A DNA stretch of 64,000 bases from an uncultured Gammaproteobacteria bacterium (GCA_964566225.1 CAZMHV010000003.1:6658-70657), one strand, 5' to 3'. Shown: positions 48,086 through 57,989, counted from the stretch's first letter. Translations and numbers: made by a program. Notes: generated by a model from the sequence alone, not told the origin.

Positions 48086-48742
48086 TCAGTTCCATTTAAT
48101 AGGTTTCTCCATTCTACAGTTCTGAACGCGTCCAGCAAGGGGAGCTGAATCGGCCATCACTAACTCCCTAACGGGTACGGTGGTGGCTTTTTTTGTTTCA
48201 TTGGGCAGAACGTTTACCCAATTTTCAGCGTGAAGGGCAGAACTCGAATTTTGAACGAAATCAATTGAATTGGGCTCTGTAACAAATGAAATTTTAATGG
48301 TTTGAGGGGAATAATTAATTTTTTGAATTGTTCGTTTCGCCAATAAATTGCTGCTCTGTCCCGTTTCGGTTTTTACCTTTGAAATAAACGATTGAAGTGT
48401 CTGAGTGACCATTTCAGGTGTGAGTTGGGATTGACTTGGACTGAGTTCGAGCCCTGCCTGGCCACCAATAGACTCATTTTTTAGTCTAAAGACAAAACTC
48501 TCGACATATTCTTTATCCACAGCAATTCTTCCCAGATTTTCTACGATATATTGTTCAAGCCTTTCAGCACTCACTTGTTTAGTGCTGCATGCCTCCCAAT
48601 CTCGTTTTGTAACACTACTACATCGATAATAATTATACCTCTTCATTTTGCCTTCTCTCCATTTGTTTGTGAAACACCCTGACATATATGCACCACATTC
48701 CGTACAGGTGATAAGCCCTCCGAAAAGATAATGTTTGAACAA
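48086..48742 (-). pseudogene. C-terminal remnant (Zn-ribbon part) of a different large serine recombinase
   Basis: YLFGGLITCTECG...YNYYRC...CSTKQVSAERLE; no catalytic domain; reads across the GGGAGC core at 48140. Confidence 0.8.
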
Positions 48743-48938
48743 CCTATATTTCCAAAAATCCTTTTACAAAAAGAACCGCTACAATGATAAGTAAAATTGA
48801 CACACTAGAAACAAGAGCGATTAATTTCGGTCTTTTTATTTTTTTTGTGACAGAGGTTGCTTCATTCTCTGTTGGCACAGGTTGATTTGTGGAAAATGTA
48901 TTATCCATATGGTTTCTTATATAATTATAAATAAAATG

Positions 48939-49604
48939 TTATGGAGTAACGGATTTTAATTCTCCTTCTATTTTTTCTTTGAGTTTTTCATAACTTGGCA
49001 CTCCTGAGATTATTTTACCATTCAGAAAGAACGTTGGTGTACCTTTAACACCCAGTGCTATGCCATCATTTTTGTCACGGTTTATTTTTTCTTTATAAGC
49101 ATCGCTACTTAAAGATGCACTAAATTTTTCCATATCAAGGCCAAGGGTCTGGGCATACTGTGTAAATAATTCAGTCTGCGGTGTCTGCTTTTCTCCCCAA
49201 GCTGTTTGGTTTTCAAATAGGAGATTATTCATTTCCCAGAATTTTCCTTGTTCACCGGCCGCTTCCGCAGATTTAGCAGCGAGAACTGAGTTACCATGAA
49301 GCGGAAAGTTACGTAAAACAAACGTTATTTTTCCTTCATACTCACTGAGTATTTTTTTGACTATTGGATAGGCTGCACGACAGGCTTCGCACTCAAAATC
49401 TGTAAATTCTACGAGGGTCACGGAAGCGGTGGAACTGGTTATTTTTTGACTATCTTCACGTACGAGTTTGTCCATATTTTCAGGGGCTACCGTTGTAATC
49501 TCTTGCTGTAATGATGGAGTACGAGAAGATAGTGCTATAAGACCAGTGAAGATGACCAGGGTCACTCCAATAATTCCTCCAATTACTTTAGCGTCAGTTG
49601 ACAT
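48939..49604 (-). CDS. DsbA/BdbD-like thiol-disulfide oxidoreductase
   Basis: LVEFTDFECEAC, RNFPL, GVKGTPTFF. Confidence 0.9.
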   Translation of the reverse strand: MSTDAKVIGGIIGVTLVIFTGLIALSSRTPSLQQEITTVAPENMDKLVREDSQKITSSTASVTLVEFTDFECEACRAAYPIVKKILSEYEGKITFVLRNFPLHGNSVLAAKSAEAAGEQGKFWEMNNLLFENQTAWGEKQTPQTELFTQYAQTLGLDMEKFSASLSSDAYKEKINRDKNDGIALGVKGTPTFFLNGKIISGVPSYEKLKEKIEGELKSVTP

Positions 49605-49615
49605 AGAAAAAATAG

Positions 49616-50095
49616 TTAAGATTGTAACTTAAAATTTAATTTTTTTTGAATAAGATAACAGATAGCACCACTCACAATGAACACGTCGGCCAGATTGATA
49701 ATACCAGTAAATATTCGTATATAATCTACTGTTTGGTGTCTGAATAAACGATCAAAGCTATTTGATAATGCTCCAGCTAAGATGAGTGTAAGGGAAAGAG
49801 TTACCAAAACATTTGTCACCTTTAGATTATCTTTATCAAGAGGAGAAGAAAGATGGCGAACCAAAAAATAAATTAATAAAATTATAATTGGTGCAGATAA
49901 AATGAGGGTCAACCAGTAGGGCATAGGAATACTAAAAGCAATCCCTGGATTCAGAAATGGCTCCCAACCAAAAAAACTTGTAAGCGACCAGGGTTGATAC
50001 CAAGAATACAATGATTGAAGTTTCAAGAGTTGATCTATTATCAGCAAGCAAGCTCCTGCTACTAGAATGACAAAGTTTTGTTTTTTCAAGGACAT
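49616..50095 (-). CDS. lspA: Signal peptidase II-like protein
   Basis: IDQLLK, NPGIAFS, GALSNSFDR, VDY, NLAD. Confidence 0.8.
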   Translation of the reverse strand: MSLKKQNFVILVAGACLLIIDQLLKLQSLYSWYQPWSLTSFFGWEPFLNPGIAFSIPMPYWLTLILSAPIIILLIYFLVRHLSSPLDKDNLKVTNVLVTLSLTLILAGALSNSFDRLFRHQTVDYIRIFTGIINLADVFIVSGAICYLIQKKLNFKLQS

Positions 50096-50098
50096 ATT

Positions 50099-50632
50099 TC
50101 ATTTTCTTTTTAGGGAACATACAGGAGGATTGGCAATCTTACGACAAGTTATGTAGACACTTATACTGGAAATTATGAAGGCGATGACTCCGAATTCTTT
50201 CCCTTGGGCAGGAAGTAGAGTGAGAAGCGATGTAGCAACTCCTATGCCAAGCACAGAAGAAAGTAGTACTGACCCACATGAGGCACACCCTGCCTCCAGT
50301 AGTCCAAGCACCATTCCAATTCCACTTGTGAGTCCGCCACGCATTGCAACCATCCGAGCCTTTTGAAAGAGAGTGAGTGCCACATTGATGCCTATGAGTA
50401 TCTCTGTACTAAATAGGAAAGTGAGTGACCAAGCAGTATTATTGATCCACAAAATTTCAATAAAACTTTGAGGCAATGAGGGAAATCCACTTTACTTTAC
50501 GGTAAAAGCAAGAAGATTAAAGTAAATAATATTGACTACAACAACTATGAAAAGTGTCGCCACCCCGAGGGTGATCAACCAATATCGTGGTGTATCAAAA
50601 ACCATCACCAAAGCAGTTTTGACACTTTTCAT
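50099..50632 (-). pseudogene. Membrane protein with GCASCG motif, interrupted by an in-frame TAA at 50492-50494
   Basis: ATG at 50632 reads MKSVKTALVMVF...LAFTVK* and continues in frame into ORF 50099..50476. Confidence 0.65.
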
Positions 50633-50642
50633 AGTATGTTCG

Positions 50643-51479
50643 TTACTTTAATTTGGTGTCAAGAGCTGCCTTAAGTGATTCGTAGGGTACTGCTCCTGAA
50701 ATAAGTTCAGACTTTCCATCCTTACCAATTAAGAACGTTCCAGGTGTACCAGAGACACCGGCAACACTACCAGCGTTCATTTCATCTTTTACATGTTGAG
50801 CGAATTTTCCACTGTTAAGACAGCTTTTAAATTTGCTTTCGTTCAGTCCCAATTCTTTGGCGAGTGGGACTAACTGATCAAGAGCAAAGCCTGTCCCATT
50901 TGACGTTGTACGTTCAATGAGTGCGTCGAGATACTTCCAAAAGGCATCATTTCCACCAATTTCATTGGCACATTCAGTGGCCTCAGCTTCTTTTTGAGCA
51001 TTAGCATGGAAGGAGAGTGGAAAATGACGATACACCCATCGTACTTTTCCTTTATACTCATCCATAATCTTGAGCATGGTAGGATGAAAACGTTTGCAGA
51101 AGGGACATTCAATATCCGAGTATTCTACCAATGTGACAGAACCAGTGCCTCGAATATGATCTTGTTTGGTTACAGGAGGGACTGGACCAGCAGCAGGTGC
51201 GGTTGGTTGTGGAGCGCTATCAAGAGGCGCAGAAGGCACGTTTGTGGGAGCATTGGCGAGAGCTCTGTTGACTTTACCGTCCATACTGATGTTTCCAGTC
51301 AATATGAGCGAAAGCATTATAAAAAAACCAATAGTCCCGAGTACTAATACTCCTCCGATACCACCCAGCAGCAGAGCTGTTTTGGGTGGTAATTGATTAA
51401 ACAAGGAGGATGATTTAACTGGGCGTGTAGCCGTAGGTTCCAAATCTTGATCTTGTGATATATTATTTTGATGAGTCAT
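50643..51479 (-). CDS. DsbA-family oxidoreductase
   Basis: LVEYSDIECPFC, YRHFPL, GVSGTPG. Confidence 0.9.
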   Translation of the reverse strand: MTHQNNISQDQDLEPTATRPVKSSSLFNQLPPKTALLLGGIGGVLVLGTIGFFIMLSLILTGNISMDGKVNRALANAPTNVPSAPLDSAPQPTAPAAGPVPPVTKQDHIRGTGSVTLVEYSDIECPFCKRFHPTMLKIMDEYKGKVRWVYRHFPLSFHANAQKEAEATECANEIGGNDAFWKYLDALIERTTSNGTGFALDQLVPLAKELGLNESKFKSCLNSGKFAQHVKDEMNAGSVAGVSGTPGTFLIGKDGKSELISGAVPYESLKAALDTKLK

Positions 51480-51558
51480 ATTAGATACATTAAAAATAAT
51501 TAAGTTTAAATATATTGTTGCGCTTTGCTGAAAGAGTTAGGGAAAAGAAGTCTCATAC

Positions 51559-52464
51559 TCAACCAGATCTACAATTTTCTTCACCATCGAGGAAACAATT
51601 CTCTCCTTCTTCTTCAATTTCAATCGTAGAGTGATGAATTTCATACTTTTCAAATATCTCTTTTGCTCGAAATTTTATATTCACTTTATCTTCCTGAGAC
51701 AATCCTTTTTTAAGCATGAAGTTGGTTGTCAAAATATTATTTTCTCCGTCTAGACTCCACACATGCGTATCATGCATTTGCACAATCTCAGGAAAATTTT
51801 TGATCTTAGATTCAATCTCTTCAATTTTAATTTCCTTTGGTACACCTTGAAGAAAAATAAAAGCCGTGGCTTTCAAATTCTTCATGACTTTATAAAGAAT
51901 GTAGATAGAAATAAGGATAGAAAGAATTGGATCAAGAATATGAATATCTTTTATGAGAGCAAAGATACTTACGATCAAAACTGCTATCCAGCCAAAGACA
52001 TCTTCAAACAAATGCCAAGAAACCATTTTTTCATTCATCGAATGACCTTTTTTGAGTCGAAGAGCGGCAAACCCATTTACCGCAATTCCAATAAGAGCAA
52101 ACAAGAGCATGCCCTTCGCATTGGCATGTTCTGGATTTATAAGACGAGGGATAGCTTTTGAGAGGACTATGAGAGAGCCCACAAGAAGAATCGCTCCATT
52201 GATAAAAGCGGCTAACAGAGAAAATCGTTTATAACCATAAGAGAACCCAGTGGTACGCTTTCGTTTGGAAACTTTTTCCAGAACAAAAGAAATTCCCAAA
52301 GACATACTGTCTCCAAAATCATGAAGAGCGTCAGAAATAATGGCGAGACTATTTGTATAGATTCCACCAATCAACTCAAAAATTGCAAAACCAAGATTCA
52401 GGAAAAAAGCGAAACGAATATTTTTGAGACTTTTTTGTTCACTGGGTTTGGAGTGTGGATTCAT
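51559..52464 (-). CDS. Cation diffusion facilitator (CzcD-like) transporter
   Basis: SLAIISDALHD, FSYGYKR, WHLFED, HDTHVWSL. Confidence 0.92.
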   Translation of the reverse strand: MNPHSKPSEQKSLKNIRFAFFLNLGFAIFELIGGIYTNSLAIISDALHDFGDSMSLGISFVLEKVSKRKRTTGFSYGYKRFSLLAAFINGAILLVGSLIVLSKAIPRLINPEHANAKGMLLFALIGIAVNGFAALRLKKGHSMNEKMVSWHLFEDVFGWIAVLIVSIFALIKDIHILDPILSILISIYILYKVMKNLKATAFIFLQGVPKEIKIEEIESKIKNFPEIVQMHDTHVWSLDGENNILTTNFMLKKGLSQEDKVNIKFRAKEIFEKYEIHHSTIEIEEEGENCFLDGEENCRSG

Positions 52465-53330
52465 AGTTCTTGTTTATCATTTTTAAAAGGAAGAGTCTCT
52501 GAAGAAACCAATGCCCAAAGAGCCTCCTTATTTAGTTCCCAGTCATTTTCTACATGATCAGTAAGTTCTACGGTAATAGAGGGTTTTTGGAAGGTTTCCC
52601 AAAACCATAATGTTGCTGTCCCGACATACGTCCACTCGTCATAGTACGAATATCCTGTTTTTTTTTCATACCACTTTGCTAAAGCAATAGAGCTTTCATT
52701 CTCTTCTGGTGAAACTAGACCTCCTTGAGAATGGAAAGCAATCATAACCTCAGGTCGATACCTTTCTACCGTTTGCTTGAGAGCAATACTTTCATCTTCT
52801 GAAAAGGGCTTAGATCCTGCAGAGACTCCCTCTTGTTCGTAGGGTTTCCACTCTTTCGCGTCAAAATTTCGGTTAAGGTTTACGCCATTTACATTTAAAT
52901 TGTCCGATCGTTCATAGTATCCATCAGGATTGACAATTGGGATGACTACCAGTTTTTTTGAATCTGAAATACTTTCAGGATTTGCTCGAACTTCTTCGAC
53001 AAACTTATTTAGTAAGTCAGCAGTGTTTTTTTCATCTCCATGTATTGCTCCAAATAAAAACACAGTTTCTTTTCCTCTTCCAATCTCATACCCATAAATA
53101 CTTCTTCCTTTCGTAGAATATCCAAAAAATTTCTCCTTAACTTCTGTTTGAGGTTTGGGGATTAGGAGGGGCTCCTCGTCAGTAGAATTAATAGTTGCAG
53201 GAGAAGTAGACTCATAAGAAACGGATGTATCTCTCTGCAAGAATAAGTATGCCATAGCCAAAAGCAGTGCAATACTCACAATACTTATACAGTAGAGATA
53301 GATTTTTTTTGTATGTATTTTCGTGACCAT
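52461..53330 (-). CDS. M14 Zn peptidase (MpaA-like), membrane-anchored
   Basis: IHGDE, NPDG, GVNLNRNF, FHSQ. Confidence 0.85.
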   Translation of the reverse strand: MVTKIHTKKIYLYCISIVSIALLLAMAYLFLQRDTSVSYESTSPATINSTDEEPLLIPKPQTEVKEKFFGYSTKGRSIYGYEIGRGKETVFLFGAIHGDEKNTADLLNKFVEEVRANPESISDSKKLVVIPIVNPDGYYERSDNLNVNGVNLNRNFDAKEWKPYEQEGVSAGSKPFSEDESIALKQTVERYRPEVMIAFHSQGGLVSPEENESSIALAKWYEKKTGYSYYDEWTYVGTATLWFWETFQKPSITVELTDHVENDWELNKEALWALVSSETLPFKNDKQEL

Positions 53331-53379
53331 AGATTTCTTTAAAGCAAAATACTTCCTCGATCCAAGAATCTAGGTAAAC

Positions 53380-53820
53380 TTATTTTTCCGAAACATTCTT
53401 TTCGGAATTAAGCTTAATAAAGGTGATCAAACATATCGTAATAACAGTAAAGGCTACCAGTGAAAGAAACGGAATAGTCACAAATCCAAACCATTCAAAA
53501 AATTTGGTGGTACAGGATACACCAATCTTACAAGGTTGAATACTCTCAGGTAAAATACCGTAGTAGAGAAGATTTTGATAAATGGCAATCACCAAACCTA
53601 TTATAGATAATGGAAGTGCATACCAGACTACATTTTTATCCTTTCTCATAAGGCCAACAATAAAAATCGCTACTAAGGGGTACATAGCAATTCTTTGATA
53701 CCAACAGAGTACACAGGGAGGAAGTTTCATTACCTCACTAAAATAGAGACTTCCAAACAGGGCAATGACTGGCTGGGTAAATGCTAGATACAAGATATTG
53801 TTTTGAATGAATTTTTTCAT
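53380..53820 (-). CDS. Disulfide bond formation protein (DsbB/BdbC)
   Basis: GSLYFSE..PCVLCWYQRIAMYP, second Cys pair, FVTIP. Confidence 0.9.
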   Translation of the reverse strand: MKKFIQNNILYLAFTQPVIALFGSLYFSEVMKLPPCVLCWYQRIAMYPLVAIFIVGLMRKDKNVVWYALPLSIIGLVIAIYQNLLYYGILPESIQPCKIGVSCTTKFFEWFGFVTIPFLSLVAFTVITICLITFIKLNSEKNVSEK

Positions 53821-53886
53821 ATATTATATTTACTAAAAATAAAAAAACTATTTCAATAACAGAAGCTTAAAGATTGTTTTGAATTT

Positions 53887-54282
53887 TTAGTAGATTTTTG
53901 GATGAATCAGGCCAAGACGAAAATGTTGACCATAAGATTCAAAAACTTTAAAACTGCCAAATCTTCTCCGTATAGAAGAGCAATATAACAATATAATTGT
54001 ACAGGAGAAAACCGTTACTGAGAAAATGAAAAAAGAGGTATATAAATTTAATATCTTAAAAAAATTCGGCACCACCACTTTAATAAAATGACCTGTTTCA
54101 TTTGCTTCAGTCACTAAACTACAACAGTTCGTATTATCATCACTATTCACGTATGCCTGAAAAGGCAAAGAAGTTCCATGTAACCAAGTACTGAAAAAAA
54201 CATGCGTTATTGATTTACAAAAAAACGCTATACTGAGTATAATTATCCCTATAGAAAAAATTTTGAATAGCTTCATAGTCAT
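53887..54282 (-). CDS. Hypothetical membrane protein
   Basis: Two hydrophobic segments; ends LGLIHPKIY. Confidence 0.55.
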   Translation of the reverse strand: MTMKLFKIFSIGIIILSIAFFCKSITHVFFSTWLHGTSLPFQAYVNSDDNTNCCSLVTEANETGHFIKVVVPNFFKILNLYTSFFIFSVTVFSCTIILLYCSSIRRRFGSFKVFESYGQHFRLGLIHPKIY

Positions 54283-54411
54283 TCTTTAAGGACAATTATA
54301 TCGTAAAACCGTTTATAAATCAACAGGCAGCCTCCATTACATTTTTATATTCTAGTTAAAATAAAAACAACAACGGTTAGCGTTGTTGTTATATAAATTA
54401 CACTGAACGTT

Positions 54412-55353
54412 TTAAATCCGCCCATCTTTAACAAGTCTCCAATAATGGTAGCCTAAAGCTGTAAGCTTACACGATTTTGAGTTTTGTGCTGCGAAATACA
54501 TAAATTCTTCGTCAACAGGAATAACTAATCCCACGCTTTGAAATTTTTGCAAGTGTTTAAAGATTGCTACATTTTCTGGTTTTGCAATTTCTTTATTTGT
54601 ATCTTCAAATGTGGGATCCAAAGGGAATTGAAATTCTGGAGCAGGAAAGTAAGTTGTTATCTTTCGTAACTTTTCTAAAGGTACAGGTGGCTGGATTTCT
54701 CTTAAAGATGTGAACTGAGTTACATTGGTTTTAAAGATAGGTCGTTGATCCCATGGACCTAATGCTTGGTCAATATGAGCGTAGACGCTTCCAGGTGTAA
54801 TATGTCCTCTTAAATCTGCTGCTCCTCCATGTAGGGCACTTAAAAGTAAATTTGTAAAAATTCCATGTCCATTAACTTCTGCCGCGGTTTCATTATCTCG
54901 GCACGCAGTCAATACCGTAGTCCCTTCTTTTATTTGAGTTGTTGCACCACCTGAAACAGCTGGGGAACCAAAAGCACCCGAATTACAGCAGTCTAGAATA
55001 ATTATCTTATTTTTTACCATTGATTCGTTTGCAAGGATAAGAATGTTGTCCATTGATATGCCGACATCGTGTTCTTGGTGATCCGGTGTTACTATAAAAC
55101 CGCCTAACTCGTCTAACATTCCGTGGCCAGAAAAATATAATAAAGAAGCGTCACCATCTCCCTTAAACAACTCTTTGATCATCCCCAGTAGCTCATTCTT
55201 TTTTTGGATGTCAGTTTTTAGAACAACGGAAAAATTTGGTGATCCATCTCCATTTCTTTCTAAAATACTTGAAAGTGCAATTGCGTCATTAACGCAACCT
55301 GCTAGGGGTTTGCTTGAATATTGGTTTATGCCAACGATGAGTGCCTTTTTCAT
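54412..55353 (-). CDS. Caspase-like (peptidase C14) protease, putative Thoeris type IV effector
   Basis: KALIVGIN, GCVNDA, YFSGHG (His), ILDCC (Cys); 3 bp downstream of the TIR gene. Confidence 0.88.
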   Translation of the reverse strand: MKKALIVGINQYSSKPLAGCVNDAIALSSILERNGDGSPNFSVVLKTDIQKKNELLGMIKELFKGDGDASLLYFSGHGMLDELGGFIVTPDHQEHDVGISMDNILILANESMVKNKIIILDCCNSGAFGSPAVSGGATTQIKEGTTVLTACRDNETAAEVNGHGIFTNLLLSALHGGAADLRGHITPGSVYAHIDQALGPWDQRPIFKTNVTQFTSLREIQPPVPLEKLRKITTYFPAPEFQFPLDPTFEDTNKEIAKPENVAIFKHLQKFQSVGLVIPVDEEFMYFAAQNSKSCKLTALGYHYWRLVKDGRI

Positions 55354-55356
55354 AGT

Positions 55357-55746
55357 TTATGCTCGGTCAACCAGGTCTTTAACATTTTGCCACGTCCAAA
55401 CATAATATCCATTAAGTCCGGCTGGACGAGGACAAGTTTTATCTTTATAACCTTGTATGCCGTAGACGGGTTTGCCAGCTTCATTCGCCATGTCAATTTC
55501 GGCTTTAACCCCGCTACAGGTAGAAGTTTTTTCTCCAACCATTACAAGCACTAAATCACACTTTTTAATTTTTGTTAAACATCTTTCTTTCCAAACACTT
55601 TGATTCCAGGGCTGCTTTACAGACCAGTCCTCCATATCAAAGGGCGAACCTTCATTTTTTGCTTGACCGATAAGTGAAGTTCTTAGGAATTCATCATTAT
55701 CAAAGTCAAAACTTACGAACACCTTCTTTTTTTGTAGAGTATACAT
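55357..55746 (-). CDS. ThsB-like TIR-domain protein
   Basis: VFVSFDFDND, DWSVK, VLVMVGEKT, GVKAEI with candidate catalytic Glu. Confidence 0.85.
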   Translation of the reverse strand: MYTLQKKKVFVSFDFDNDEFLRTSLIGQAKNEGSPFDMEDWSVKQPWNQSVWKERCLTKIKKCDLVLVMVGEKTSTCSGVKAEIDMANEAGKPVYGIQGYKDKTCPRPAGLNGYYVWTWQNVKDLVDRA

Positions 55747-55784
55747 AGTAAAATGAAATTAATATTTAACACTATTTGTCAAAA

Positions 55785-55813
55785 ATTATACTATTATCAC
55801 TCTCTATAGTCAA
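55785..55813 (-). promoter_or_regulatory. Promoter of the TIR-caspase operon
   Basis: Minus strand TTGACT-17 bp-TATAAT. Confidence 0.7.
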
Positions 55814-55877
55814 GTGATAACTTTTTAAAAAACAGCCCAATAAATAAGCTGCTTTTTGGCGTGCCCGAGCGTTGATA

Positions 55878-57380
55878 TTAAGAAGAAGTGGGAGTATTAG
55901 TTTCATCTGTAGGAATAACTTCTGATATGTTAGAAGTTATCCCAGTCCCTAATAATTGAAAAGACTCAGCCTTCGGTAACTCTTGCACATCTCGAAGTTT
56001 TCTTTCAATAGCACGAGATCGTACACCTGCCTCATCAATAACGTTGCTTGCTTCAGTAAGTTTCTTTTGCGTTTTATCTAGTATATCTCCAAAGCGACCA
56101 AACTCTGTTTTTACAGCTCCTAAGATTTCCCAAACCTCGCTTGAACGTTTTTCAATAGCCAGAGTTCTAAAGCCCATTTGCAGACTATTCAAAAATGCTG
56201 AAAGTGTAGTCGGACCGACGATAGTTACTTTAAAATCTCGCTGTAAACATTCAAATAGTCCATTACATCTTAGGACTTCAGCATACAATCCTTCAAAGGG
56301 AAGAAACATTATTCCAAAATCTGTTGTACCTGGTGGATCAATATATTTATCTCGAATATCTTTGGCAAAAGTTTTTATACGATTTGCTAACTGCTTACTA
56401 GCACTTTCAATAAGTTCTTTGTCTGACTTTTCATAGGCTTCTAGGAGTAGTTGGTAATCTTCACTTGGAAACTTAGAATCAATAGGGAGAAGTACCACTT
56501 TACTTTGATCCTCGCGACCAGGAAGTTTGATAGCAAATTCTACCATAGCATCACTACCTGCTTTGGTTTTTATATTCTTTTGGTATTGCTCAGGAGTAAA
56601 AAGTTGTTCCAGAATATTTGCTAGCTGATACTCTCCCAGTACACCTCTAGTTTTCACATTCGATAAAACTTTCTTTAAATCTCCAACTCCAGTGGCTAGT
56701 ACTTGCATTTCTCCTAATCCTTTGTGTACGAGATCAAGTTTATCTGTTACCAATTTAAAGGATTGGCCAAGCCGTGTTTCCAAAGTATGGTGGAGTTTCT
56801 CATCAACCGTAGCACGCATTTTTTCAAGCTTCTCATTGTTATCGTCCTGCATGAGTTTGAGCTTGCCTTCTACTATTTCTCTCATTTTTTCCAGTCTTGT
56901 TTCAATGGTCTGAATAAGTTCAGTCTGTTTCGTGTGGAGACTATCTAGTTTCTGCTTTTGTCCCTCATTCAGTTCTTTTATACCTGTTCCAAGAGTCGCT
57001 TCAAATGATTTGAAAGCAACCCGTAATTCATCTCTAGTGTCTTTATTTGCTTGGTTTATCTGAGTTGCAAACGAGATGAGTTGATCTTTCTGCAAAGTAG
57101 CAATATCTAACACTTGCTTGGTAAGAGAACTCCCAAATATATTGAGAGACTGGCTCAGCTCTTCTCGGGCTGTTTTATTCCCTTGAGCGGCTTCTGTACG
57201 ATTCCGAGCCAACTCATCTTTGAGGAGAATTTCAAACCTGTTTACACAGCTGTCTATATTGTCAAGAAGTCCCTTAAGCTCAGAGGAATCGCTCCCATTT
57301 TTGGCTTTCCTTAAAAGAAAAACGATATATCCACTCAAAGCCAGAGAAAGGATGGAGAGGGTAAGAGCAAGAATAGTCAT
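55878..57380 (-). CDS. rmuC: DNA recombination protein RmuC
   Basis: MRATVDEKL, GLGEMQ, NVKTRG..GE, PIDSKFP, MFLPFEGLYAE, SLQMGF; start uncertain (57380 or 57422). Confidence 0.92.
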   Translation of the reverse strand: MTILALTLSILSLALSGYIVFLLRKAKNGSDSSELKGLLDNIDSCVNRFEILLKDELARNRTEAAQGNKTAREELSQSLNIFGSSLTKQVLDIATLQKDQLISFATQINQANKDTRDELRVAFKSFEATLGTGIKELNEGQKQKLDSLHTKQTELIQTIETRLEKMREIVEGKLKLMQDDNNEKLEKMRATVDEKLHHTLETRLGQSFKLVTDKLDLVHKGLGEMQVLATGVGDLKKVLSNVKTRGVLGEYQLANILEQLFTPEQYQKNIKTKAGSDAMVEFAIKLPGREDQSKVVLLPIDSKFPSEDYQLLLEAYEKSDKELIESASKQLANRIKTFAKDIRDKYIDPPGTTDFGIMFLPFEGLYAEVLRCNGLFECLQRDFKVTIVGPTTLSAFLNSLQMGFRTLAIEKRSSEVWEILGAVKTEFGRFGDILDKTQKKLTEASNVIDEAGVRSRAIERKLRDVQELPKAESFQLLGTGITSNISEVIPTDETNTPTSS

Positions 57381-57429
57381 ATACGTCCCTATTAAGAGTA
57401 CAATAAGGAACCATGGGTACAATCACTAG

Positions 57430-57534
57430 TCAATCCTAACACTTGCATTCAGAGCTTTTAGGCTTTAAGAGAGGAGTATCAATAACCCAACCGCAGAGAG
57501 ATAAATTTTTTCCATGAGCAAGTGTTAGGATTGA
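57430..57534. repeat. Perfect 17-bp inverted repeat
   Basis: TCAATCCTAACACTTGC (57430-57446) and GCAAGTGTTAGGATTGA (57518-57534). Confidence 0.8.
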
Positions 57535-57989
57535 GGGGTGGTGGATTGTTTAGTGTTAGTGTTTAGTGTAAAGAGAATCTAGAAGAGAGAGTATTACAGT
57601 ATCAAGAAGATATTACAGAATAAAGTCAGAAGTAATTAATATATGTCGTTCAGTAGATTCTCTGGTGAGATTAGTATTCACAGTTTTTTGAGAGTAAAAT
57701 TTGTTTAGATTCAGATATTTTTTAGCCTCTGGGTACTTGACCCAGGAGTCAAGTACTTGGTCAAGCACTTTGTCATTAATTTTATCTTACCATACCTCTC
57801 AAAAACTGTGCAAGTTTTTCAACGGTTGCGTTTTCTCTTCCTGAAACCAGGCGTCTTCAACCCGTGAACCGAATTTGGTATGGTCAATGTGAAAGTTTGT
57901 GGTTGAATTGTAACGCGAGCACTCTTTTTTGTTTTCTTTTCCTTGCTACCAATGCTATAATAAGGCAGCTTGTTTTTATTATTTTCATT

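Larger units (their letters stand above)
38822..48145 (-). mobile_element. Integrative element, copy 2 (tandem duplicate)
   Basis: Same ORFs and same translations as copy 1, offset 9318. Confidence 0.88.

Noticed and set aside
29504-48145. Element as a prophage or conjugative ICE
   Set aside because: No structural, packaging, lysis, relaxase or type IV secretion genes visible
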